Source: Rhizaria sp. SCN 62-66
Lineage: Eukaryota
Assembly (NCBI GenBank): GCA_001724265.1
Contig: MEDY01000251.1
Coordinates: 1 to 44,899 of the forward strand
Length of the DNA stretch: 44,899 nt
Reading direction: 5' to 3'
Shown: positions 21,816-31,835 of the stretch, piece after piece
How positions within the stretch are numbered: position 1 is the stretch's first letter
Layout: every line of letters starts with the position of its first letter
Notes under the pieces: generated by a model
What the model was told of the DNA's origin: nothing
Database searches by the model: none
Seen by the model: the letters and a program-made list of their open reading frames with translations, nothing else
Translations under genes and position numbers: made by a program

Positions 21816-24800
21816 ATGAGCGTGAGTGACCAAATGCAGCAGATGTGGAAATTCCTCGACCAGCTTCATTCGAAGGATCCCGAAGGTACGTTACTTCCCT
21901 AATCACTCACGCCGTACTCATCTCCTGCTCTTGATACACCCCTGCTCACTCTCTGCTATATTATTATTCCCCTTTGTCCACATAGCCTATGCCGAGTTCT
22001 TGAAGCAACAGCAAGCTGAGGCTGAGAAAGAACGTATTGAACAAGAGAAGGTCCGTTTCTTAAACCGTTCTTCCCTTTTCCCGCACTCGCTGCGACCGCC
22101 CTAACTTCATTAGGCTCGCACTACGCCTTATCTCACGTTCTAGCTGCTCGCGTCCCACTATGTTCCTCGCCCCACAGAACTCTTTTACTCCGAAGCCCGT
22201 GTTCTCGTTTGCCGTCCGCCTCACGCGGCCCCCGCCCTCCAAGTCCGCCCCGGGCCCCAGCTCCTCCAGCGCCAACAGCGCTAGCGCCGGCGGTAGCGGT
22301 GCTGCGTCCTTGTCCCACGGGACGCCCGTGGCGTCAGGCGTTACCCGCGCGGGGACGGACACGACGAGCCGACTGGACGTGCTGGTCGTGCACGTCTGCG
22401 CGCACCCCGAGGTTGGGCCCGCGCAGCTCAAGCTCGCGGCGCCTGGCACCGTTGCGCCGCCGCGGACGCCTGTCTCGTCGCTGCTCATCCCGCTCAGCGT
22501 GGGCGCGCTGCTGCCCGTGCCCGACTGGGCGCAGCGCCGCCGCGAGCGTGACCACGAGCGGCGCCGCCTCGCCGAGGTCGAGAAGATGAGGCAGAAGGTC
22601 AAGCAGGCCCGCGAGAGCGCGGCCAAAGGGCCCACCATCTCCGCGAACGGCACCAAAGACAGCAACAACAACAGCAGCAGCAGCGATAGGCCTGGCAAGA
22701 GCAGCACTGCTCGCGGCCGTCTCGGTCTCGGCCTCGGTCTTGACGACGACGAGGACGGGGACGCAGACGGTGCCAACGCCAGTGCGAGCGCGGCGACTGA
22801 CGTTGCGGGGCTGGTTGCCGAGCTGCCCGCGTCGGCGCTGCACTGGTACGACAGCCCCGGCTGCGGCGGCGACATGTTCACGGACCACTTAGACTGCCCC
22901 TCGCTGGCCAAGTTCGTCCGCGGCAAGGTCGAGGCCGCTCGCCGCGCGCTGGGCCAGAAGAAGGCCGACGGACCCACAGTCATCGTCATCCCCTCGCCCT
23001 CGGCCGGTGTAAGTGCCGCCGGTGTAAGTACCTCCGCTGGTGTAAGTGCCTCCGCGGGTGCAAGTGCGCCTGCGCCGGCGGCTGCGAAGGAGATCCGGCT
23101 CGTCAGTGGCCTGCGCTGCGACCGCGAGCGCGTGGTCGCGATGGTGCGCGCAGCCACAAGCGCGGGCAAAGACGGTAAAGACGGTAAGAGTGGCGAGAGC
23201 GAGGTCGACATCAAGGCGGCGCTGGGCCTCGGCAAGGCGGCGGGCAGCGCCGCCGTGGGCGCCAGCAGCGCCAAGAGCAGCGGCATCGTCGTGCTCGACG
23301 ACGGCGACGACGGCAGCAACAGCGGCGCGTCTAGCGCGGCTGCGACGACGACGGCTGCGGCGACGACGAACACGGTGTACGTGACGGTGAGCAAGCACGT
23401 CGTCGACGTCGTCTTCGACCCGACGCTGCTGCGCCGCGCGCTCGGGCCCTCGGTCTACGACCGGCTGCACCCGCCCGACTCGGGCGACCCCGCCGCGTTT
23501 AACTCGGCCAATAAAGCCAGCAAGGCGGGGAGGCCGAGTTCGAGCTCGACCAACAGCAGCAACAGCAGCAGCAATAGTAGCAGCAGCGGCAGCAGCTTTG
23601 TCGCGCCGGCCCCGGGCACCGCGCCGGACGCCGACCCCGAGCTGGTTGCCGCGCTGGCCGCGCTGGCCCTACAACACGTGCAGGAGGACGAGGACGTGCG
23701 CGCCGAGCACCCCTACGCGCTGCTCGACTCGGTGCCCGACACGGGCCGCCGGCGCGCGCAGTTCACCCGCGCTGCGGCCGAAGACGTGCGCGCCGGGCTC
23801 GAGGCGGGCGCGGCCGCGCTCGCGGGGGATAACAAGGGCGTCAAGAGCAACGCCAGCAACAGTAAGACAAGTAAGGCGGGTTCCGATGCCGCTGCAAGTG
23901 CGAGTGCCGCCGCGCGGGCGCGCGCGCACGCGGACGCGATCATCGAGTCGCTGACGCAGACGGCCACCAGCGCGGGGCAAGGCGTCAAGCTGCCCTCGGC
24001 GGCCGGGGCCGCGGGCAGGGCCGCAGCGGGCGGCGCCAGGAGCAGTGCGGCCAGCAAGAGCCTCTTCGGTGGGCTCGGCCTCGGTGGCGGCGAGGACGAC
24101 GACGAGAACGACGGGTTCGTGATCAAGGAGGCCGTGAAGGATAAGAACGCTTCAGACAAGAGCGCAAGCACTGGTAAGAGTGCAAGTGATCATGCTGCAT
24201 TCAGTGGTATCACCGAGGTCAGGACAGCTGACAACGACGACGGCAGCGGGATCATCGACCTCTCGTCGCTGAAGCTGACTGGGAGCGCGAGCGCCAGTAC
24301 CAGCAGCAGCGCGTCTGGCAGCAAGAGTAGCGGCGACGCCAATGGCAAGACGTCTTCGAGTGCGAGTGGGATTAAGCTCATCGAGGAGGTGAGTGATGAT
24401 GTTGGTGGCGGCTTAACTTTGGTTCGCGAGGTGAAGGAGACGCCTCAGTACAGGTACGTGTGACTATTCCACTTTTCAGATATCAGAATATGGGTCGTAT
24501 CTTCTTAATGCGAAAGTAAGAACAGATAAATGGAGCGATAATGTTAACTACATATTATTAATGAACGTGTATTGCACTCACTTCCCGATCTGTTTTGCGC
24601 ACGTGCTTCTTGCTATACTTAGCATCAAGAAGAGCTCCACCGACGGCGGCCAGGTGCTCACGGTCACTTTCACACTGCCGCGGCACACCGGCGGCGGCGG
24701 CGACGTCGACCTCGAGATTAACCCCCAGTCGCTCGCGCTCACGTCGCTGCACTACCACGTCAAGGTACGTTCATGCGTTTATTCAAGCCTACGACTGCCA

Positions 24801-25084
24801 GGCTACTAAAAACGTCTTCATTGACTGTCGAGTCTTCAGTATCACTATTTGTTGATTATACATATGAAATACTGTGATTGCGATTCAATGAACAATGAAT
24901 TATCTCGAGGATATTAACTTATTACGTCGATTTTCCGACTAAATTTATATATTCGTGTTTGTTTGTGTCCTTTTTGTTCGTGTAGCTGTCACTTCCCGTC
25001 ACAATCGATGACGCTGCTGCTGGTGCTAAGTACAGCAGTAAAAAGCGCACACTGACATTCAGCGCTCCTGTCGCCAACAATTAA
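21816..25084 (+). CDS. PIH1D2: PIH1-domain/CS-domain co-chaperone (PIH1D2-like), ~883 aa, 5 exons
   Basis: Exons are 21816-21885, 21986-22050, 22178-24453, 24623-24764 and 24986-25084 (TAA), and all phases join. The N-terminus QMWKFLDQLHSKDPEAYAEFLKQQ is PIH1D2-like, followed by FTPKPVF and VVDVVFDP. The C-terminal CS domain reads LTVTFTLP...DVDLEI...LSLPVTIDDAAAGAKYSSKKRTLTFSAPV. Confidence 0.75.
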
Positions 25085-25443
25085 CAACGCTACACACGCA
25101 TTTCACATTTTTTAGGAACTAACTTACAAACAGCACGCGATATATAGAGTGAAATAATCAACTGTAGCAAAGTGTAGTTGATATCGCTTTTGCTCACAGT
25201 AATACATACAGAGTTTTTAAGACTATAACAACAATATAATGACTTAAAAACAATCATAAAATGCAACAATATTATTGGAAATATGCATAAACAGATTTAT
25301 TTCGACACTGATAATTAAGTTATAGAATAAATTAAGTTGTTTTACTTCACAGTTACAACTGATGAGTAACACTGACCGTTCGTCCCTCATCTCTTGTCGC
25401 TGTGACGCTGGCTTTCTAGCTCGTTCGCTCGCGCGCCGCTGGC

Positions 25444-25886
25444 TTAGTTGTCCTGGTCTGACTCGGGGAGCGGGCGGAGGAACTCCTCGGGCGTCTGCGA
25501 CGAGGCCCTCTGGAGGAGCGCAGTGATCTTGTCGTTGAGCTCGGGCAGCGTGCACGGCTCGACGTCTGCACCGAGTAGTGGTCCGTGTGCTCGTGCACCA
25601 GCACCAGCCCCTCGGGCATGGGGAAGCCCTCGTAGAGAAAGTACACGCGCGCTTTGTCGCCCTACCACGTGCTCACGGTGTGGCGCATCTTCTCGCTTTT
25701 GGGCGGCCGCATCGACATTCCGTTGGGCTCGACGTACTTGTCGGCCTTCATCGGAAGCACCTTGCCGTCGTGCAGCTTCAGGTCCCAGGACCGCTTTACC
25801 GGGTTGAACACGCGCAGAGGGACCGGAAGCCGGAAGATGTGCACGAGGTGGGTCGGGAGCTGCGTGTAGCGCTTTAGAACAGACAT
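25444..25886 (-). CDS. Tse2-like ADP-ribosyltransferase-fold protein (~147 aa) with an in-frame TAG (25662-25664) and an apparent 1-nt frameshift near 25560; possible pseudogene or assembly error
   Basis: Translation reads MSVLKRYTQLP...WDLKLHDGKVLP...PNGMSMRP...TW*GDKARVYFLYEGFPMPEGLVLVHEHTDHYSVQT, then in the shifted frame EPCTLPELNDKITALL...QTPEEF...DQDN-TAA. PNGMSxRP, LVLxHEHxDHYSxQ and ELNxKIT are motifs I recall from eukaryotic Tse2-family proteins. Confidence 0.7.
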
Positions 25887-26363
25887 CCAAGCAGAAGCGG
25901 GTCTGAGATGTGGGTGCGAAGGAAGGAACACGTGATGGCGTATGAGAGATTATGAAGAGTTCTCGTTGTGATAAATGATAATATAACGTTTTATCTCTAT
26001 TAGTCTCATGGCATATACAAATAATGAACTCTGGACAATCCCAAGCGTCCGTATTCAGTTGCAAAGCTAGCCCACTTCTATCTCCCCTTCTCCTAATACA
26101 CATGCAGTTTCTGCGAACCCTTCGAAGCAGCGCAACTTCGATTTTGATGAAAAGAACAAAATTCCCCGCATCATTCGATGCAGAACTTTGAAATGACATA
26201 TCGGCACAATTACTATCATTTTTTTTATTTTGCAATTCCTTGCAACGGATGTCTTACTGCTTCTGGGCCTTCCGCAGCGTCTGCATCGCCCTTTCTCATC
26301 GCCTTCGTTTGCTGCTTTGTCCCTGCTCTTGCCGCCTGTACTGCTTTTCGTCAGCGCCGTTCT

Positions 26364-28187
26364 ATGCTCCATACGGCTGCCATTGTTGTCATCGTTGTTG
26401 TTGGCACGTTTATTGTGGCGCTGCTCATCTGGGGCACCGTCCGCTGCCTCCGCGGTGCTACTTTGCCCGCTGTCCGCCCTGAGACCTGGATCCCCCTCGT
26501 ACGCCCTTTCTCCTTTCTGACCAACATAGATCCACTTTAGCTCTCTCAAACCGGTTAAACATCCAATTATTACTTGCAATCAATATTGCTCTCACATTTT
26601 ATGACCTTTCTTCCCCATGAATCCACTTTTGCGCAGGTCAAGAAGCACGGCCGCGGAACCAAGCCTGTAGTCGTTCTCGTCGGTGATTCGCACACGCACT
26701 GCGCCCTGGGCTACAACTGGGTCGAAACCGTGTCCCAGCGCCATCCTGCGCTGCAGGTTATCAATGCAGGCGTCAATGGCGAGCAGGTCAAGGACGTTTT
26801 GGCGCGTCTCGAGCCCATCATCGCGTGTCAGCCCGACTACGCGACCATCCTGCTGGGCTCCAACGAGCGCCTTTCCTCGGTCTCGTGCGGCACCGCGCTG
26901 TGCTACGGCCAGTGCTGCGGCCCCACGCAGCACGCCGCCTACCGCAATAACCTGCGCACGCTCTTCTCGGCGCTGCTGCTGCGCACCAACGTGCGCCGCG
27001 TGGCCGTGATGTGCTTCCCGCCCGGCGAGGCGCCCGCCGACGCGCCGCTCAACCTCGTCGGCCTCGAGTTCATCGAGATCCTCCGCGAGGTCGTCGAGGA
27101 GTACCGCGTCACGGCTAAGGGCCGTCTTGTTTACATCCCGCTGGCGGACAAGTACGTCGACTTCGTGTCGCCGGCGGTGTACAACGCGGCCCCGCCCGAG
27201 GTGACGTGGTCGCCCGCGACTTTCGTCCCGCTCGTGCTCTCGGCCCAGTTCAAGCACTACGTCACGGGCGTCAGCATGGACGAGATCTCCTCGCAGCGCC
27301 GCCTGCGCTTTACCACGGACTGCGTGCACCTCAACGCCACCGGCGCAGGCATCGTGGCCGAGACTGTGAGCGCATTCCTCACCGACGCCGTCGACGAGTG
27401 CGCCACCGCGGCCGAGAGAGAGGCCGCCGCCGCCGTCGCCGCTGTCGCCGCCGCTGCTGCGCCGAACACGACCACCACCGCTGGCCCTGCGACAGCGACC
27501 TCGACCGCGGCTGCGACCTCCAACTCCAGCTCCAGCTCCAGCTCGAGAAACACCGCCAGCGCCGAGTCCGAGGCCGAGGCCGAGGCGCTCACCGCGGGCT
27601 CCAAGAAGGGCGCCGCCGCCGGCAGCGGCGGCGGCAGCGGCGAGGTCGCCGTCGTCGGCGCTACGGCGGCCGCCAGCGCCAGCGCCAGCGCCAGCTCCGA
27701 GGTCGAGACCGAGGCCGAGGCGGAGACCGACGTCGACGCCGATGGCAGCGGCGGCGGCAGCGGCAGCAAGAAGGCCGCCGCGGCCGCCGCCGTTGCCGCT
27801 GTGGCCGCCGCCGCCGCCGACACTGACGCTACCGACGCGACTGACGCTGATGTTGACGCCCACACTTCTGCTGTGACCGCGACTGCTGCTGCTGCCACGA
27901 CCAACACCAGCTCCGACGACGACGAGGAGCACAGCCCCAAGGGCGGCATGAACAAGAAGGCCGACAAGATCACCAGTTCCGACGGCGCCAGCGCGGCCGC
28001 TGACGCGGACGGCAAGAGCAGTGACAATAAGTTCGCGTTCGTCGACAAGGAGCACGAGCAAGACGCTCCCAAGGCCAGTGATGACAAGGTCGATAAGAAG
28101 GAGTCCAAGAAGAAGGAGAGCAAGGACAAGAAGGACCAGAAGGACGGCAAGGGCAAGGGCAAGAGCAGCGACAGCGACGACGAGTGA
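26364..28187 (+). CDS. SGNH/GDSL hydrolase with an N-terminal membrane anchor and a low-complexity Ala/Asp/Lys C-terminal tail, ~561 aa
   Basis: Exon 1 is 26364-26498 (hydrophobic AAIVVIVVVGTFIVALLIWGTV), the intron is 26499-26636 (GTACGC...GCAG), and exon 2 is 26637-28187 ending in TGA. SGNH blocks: VLVGDSHT, INAGVNG, ILLGSNE and TTDCVHLN. Confidence 0.85.
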
Positions 28188-28671
28188 GCACCGCGCCGCC
28201 GAGTCGCCACGATCACGCACGATCGACGACAGATCGCAAATTACACATCTCATTTGCACTGTATTTCGTATGCAGTATTGACCATCTTTAGTTTCGTTTA
28301 TTTTAAATTTTTACCGTTAATATCCTCTTTCCTCTTCTTAATGCGTGATGAAGCAAAGAGTATGTGTTGTTTAATCATGATAATATTACTTCACACACTT
28401 TTCGCACGACATAACTGTTACATTGTAGCTCTTTATTGCTCTTTATTGTTCTTGTTATTATTCCCTTGCGTTACTCTGACGTTAAGGAGCATGTCGCTGT
28501 GTTCCTTAAGTATCTTCTTTGTATTATGTTCATTTCACAAAAAATAAAGGATGAATAATGTTATTTTTGCTAGGTACACGTATCTCTTAAATCTTATAGC
28601 GAGTGATATTTTGTTCAACCAAGTCCGTCAAGCTGACAAGATGAGTAAATTGACTCAGTCTCCGGACGGCA

Positions 28672-31065
28672 TCAGTCGCTCTTCGTCGCCGCCCTCGCGC
28701 CACCTCTGGCGCCATCCCTGGTGGCCACTTTACCGCCGCGACCACCGGCACGAGCCGCCGCGGCAGCCATCACCGCTGCTTTAATCGCAGTCGCGGTCGC
28801 AAGCAAAGGCGCGCTCCCTCCGGATCCGGTCCTGCTCACCGTCACAGTCGTGGAGGCGGCAGCGACCGCGGGCGCTCTCGCCGCAGCGACCGCAGCCAGC
28901 GCCGCCGCCTCTGCCGCGGCCTCGGCGGCCCGCGCCTTGTCGACGCGCACGCGGGCGCGGCTCAGCCCGGCCCTGAGGCGGCCCACCGAGGCCGCACTCG
29001 TACTCGCACTCGCACTGGAGCTCGTGTTGTTGTTGCTTTCCGCGGCGCTTAGCTGCTTCTTTTTCGCTTCAGCCCGCAGCTCCAGCAACACGCGCTTCGA
29101 CTTGCGCTTGAAGGCCTGCTTGGCCGCGGTGTAAAAGGGCTGTTTACGCGCCTCGTCGCGCTGCGCGGCGACGGCGGCGCGGTATGTCGGGTCCTGGCAG
29201 CGCGCCATGAAGGCCGCCTTGAGCGTGGCGAGGGAGTCCGCGGACTCGGGGTCCGAGGGGGCGCGGAGGCCGAAGAACGTGCTGAGACTAGAGAGGCTCG
29301 GGGGGGCGTCAGTCGGGTCTGTCGGGACGAGAGAGGTCGAGCTGGTGCTGGAGTCGGAGCTAACAAGCACGCGCGAAGTACTGCTGCGACGCGCGTTGCT
29401 GTTACGACTGGTCGTGCTCTTGCTGTTGTTCTTGTCGACGTTCTTGCCCTTGTTAGCGCTCGTGTTCTTTGTCGTAATGCCCGGCTCAACCTTAACAGTC
29501 ACCTTGGTGCTCTTGCGATTGTTATTCCGAGCGGTGGAACGGCGCATATTGGCATCACTTTCACTATCACTGCTGATGACAATAACCTCGTAGCAACCAG
29601 TGTCCGCGTTCGCGTTGTCGTACGCCTTGAGAGCTGCAGCGCCGCCCGCGCCCGCGCCCGACACCGTCTGTTGCAGTTGCTGTTGCTGCAGTTGCAGTTG
29701 TTGCAAGAGGTTTCTCTGCTTAAGACTGTTATTGTCGTCGTCCTCCTCCTCCTCATCGTCGTCGTCTTCATCATCTTCATTGTCGCCGAAGCTAGCTTCA
29801 CTGACCCGATCAGCACCATAGTTGTCACTGAAGGCGGGACTGTCGTCAGCGTTTGCGTCATCGCTTTCGCTGTCACTCGGCGTCTCAGAGTCAGAGACAG
29901 GGCCGCGGAAAGAAACTGCGAACATCCCAGCAGGTCCAACTGCTGCTGCTGCCGCCGATGCTGAAAAGCGAGCCTTTTTGACGGTCCCGTGCACGATCTC
30001 ATTGTCGCTGTCGCTGTTGCTCTCGCTGACAGTCTCGCCGTCACTCCCGCTTGCACTGGCACCGACGCTTGCCGTGGACAGCAACAACGACTGTCCCTCT
30101 GCCGCCTCGGCTGCTGCTGACACTGTTGTTGATGCTGCTGTTTGCAGAGCCCGTTTACGACTCGCGAGCTCGCCTCCACTTGTGCTGACACTCTCAGCAA
30201 CACTAGCATTCGACGCAGCGTCCAAATCATCCATAGTTATCTGGTCCTGCTGCCCCTGTTGCTGCTCCTGTTGCTGTTGCAGCTCCAGCTGCATCCGGAG
30301 CAGTTCGTTCTCGGCACGCTGCTCCTCCAGCAGCTCCTGCTGCTCCAGAAGCTTCTCCTGCAGCTGCAGCTGCTGCTGGATCAGAAGCTGCTCCTGGTAC
30401 TGGAGCTCAAGCTGCTGCATCATCAGCTGTTGGTGCTGCTCCAGCAGTCGCTCCTCGAGCTCCTGCTGGTGCTGCAGCTGCTGCAGCGCCAGCTTGTGCT
30501 GCTGCTGCTGCAGCGCCGGCTCGTGCTGCCGCTGCTGCTCCTCTGCCGCTGTGGACACAGCAAGAGCGTCCGCGCTGCCCGCAGCGTTGCTGCCGTTGCT
30601 GATACTCTGCCACAGGTAGTGGTTCTCGCTCCCCTGCTGCTGGATCTCCTGCTCCTCCAGACTGAACAGCACCGCCGCGGACGAGGGCCCCGGGGGCGGC
30701 GACGCCAGCACCGCCGCGACGTCAGCGTCGATCTTCGCCTGCGTCCGCTGGCCGCGGCCGCGCGCCTGACTGCGGCCGCGACTGACCGATGACTGCTCTT
30801 GCTGCGGCTGCTCGCCCTGGCGGCGGCTGGACGTGCTGGGGCTGGAACTGCGCTGCAGTGACCGCGAGCGCGCTGTCTGCAGCTGCGAACCGTTGCAAGA
30901 GCTCGTCCTAGAGCTTGCCCTCACAGGATTATTCGCATTGCTTGCGATAGGATTCTCTGCTGCGTAACTGCTGCGGTTGCTGCGCCGACTGGAGCGATCA
31001 GGTGAGTCGTTTGGGCTGGTGTTCGCACTGGCGCTGGCGCGGGTCGTACGAGAACGAGATGCCAT
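28672..31065 (-). CDS. Hypothetical low-complexity protein (Ser/Arg-rich N-terminus, polyQ/coiled coil, acidic tract), 797 aa
   Basis: Long ATG-to-TGA open frame with coding-like composition, flanked by AT-rich DNA. I recognise no domain. Confidence 0.7.
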   Translation of the reverse strand: MASRSRTTRASASANTSPNDSPDRSSRRSNRSSYAAENPIASNANNPVRASSRTSSCNGSQLQTARSRSLQRSSSPSTSSRRQGEQPQQEQSSVSRGRSQARGRGQRTQAKIDADVAAVLASPPPGPSSAAVLFSLEEQEIQQQGSENHYLWQSISNGSNAAGSADALAVSTAAEEQQRQHEPALQQQQHKLALQQLQHQQELEERLLEQHQQLMMQQLELQYQEQLLIQQQLQLQEKLLEQQELLEEQRAENELLRMQLELQQQQEQQQGQQDQITMDDLDAASNASVAESVSTSGGELASRKRALQTAASTTVSAAAEAAEGQSLLLSTASVGASASGSDGETVSESNSDSDNEIVHGTVKKARFSASAAAAAVGPAGMFAVSFRGPVSDSETPSDSESDDANADDSPAFSDNYGADRVSEASFGDNEDDEDDDDEEEEDDDNNSLKQRNLLQQLQLQQQQLQQTVSGAGAGGAAALKAYDNANADTGCYEVIVISSDSESDANMRRSTARNNNRKSTKVTVKVEPGITTKNTSANKGKNVDKNNSKSTTSRNSNARRSSTSRVLVSSDSSTSSTSLVPTDPTDAPPSLSSLSTFFGLRAPSDPESADSLATLKAAFMARCQDPTYRAAVAAQRDEARKQPFYTAAKQAFKRKSKRVLLELRAEAKKKQLSAAESNNNTSSSASASTSAASVGRLRAGLSRARVRVDKARAAEAAAEAAALAAVAAARAPAVAAASTTVTVSRTGSGGSAPLLATATAIKAAVMAAAAARAGGRGGKVATRDGARGGARAATKSD

Positions 31066-31835
31066 GCGGTCCTAGACAGTCCTGCTGCAAGGGCAACAAT
31101 AAAAATATCAATGAGAACAAGGCTAGTCTTCGCTGCTGCGATTGCTGCGGCGATAGGTCGTTGTTGGTGAGGTGCCCGACGGGCGTCACGCTCTCAAGCC
31201 GGTTTGTGAAGACAGTGACAACGAGTACGGATTTTTGGCCTGCACGGCTGCTATAAACAGTATTTAGAGTGCTAACACAAGAACAGAACAAATAAATACG
31301 AGTTCTATAAAAGATCCAAAGAAACAATTCACGAAAAAACGTAATTCGTGCGATGTACGCGTTTTAAGAGATGATGAGGGCGCGCAGCAACTCAATTTGG
31401 CCAAGCATTCAGGCAAAGGCGCATACCAACTCATTTCAGGTGTGATGAGCAAAAATAATTATCGTGCAAAATAGTTCATAGGCCTGGCAAGTCTGAGCAC
31501 TTCATTAATGCGCATTTTACGATCAATATATGCAACTAAACTATACAGAAATTAGGCCTAGAGCGCACTCTAGGCTGCAACGACTCTGTGCCAGGACATT
31601 CCCACTGGTTATGTGGTCAGAATAATAGCGAAGACAAACACATCTTGCAAGAACATCATAGAGTAAATAAACACATTATGTATATGATCTACCTTTGCTA
31701 GCTGTCATCCTAAAATAATTATTCCCAAAGGTCCCGAAGTAATTCGAGCACCATCATTCTTGGCCGTTCAATCAACATGACAAGCATTGAATAAGCACAG
31801 TTCAGGAGTGATTTCTCACTACCACTGCTTTACGC

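Noticed and set aside
31556-31575. 8-bp hairpin gcctagag-cgca-ctctaggc
   Set aside because: It is a single short hairpin with no second copy or recognisable RNA family.
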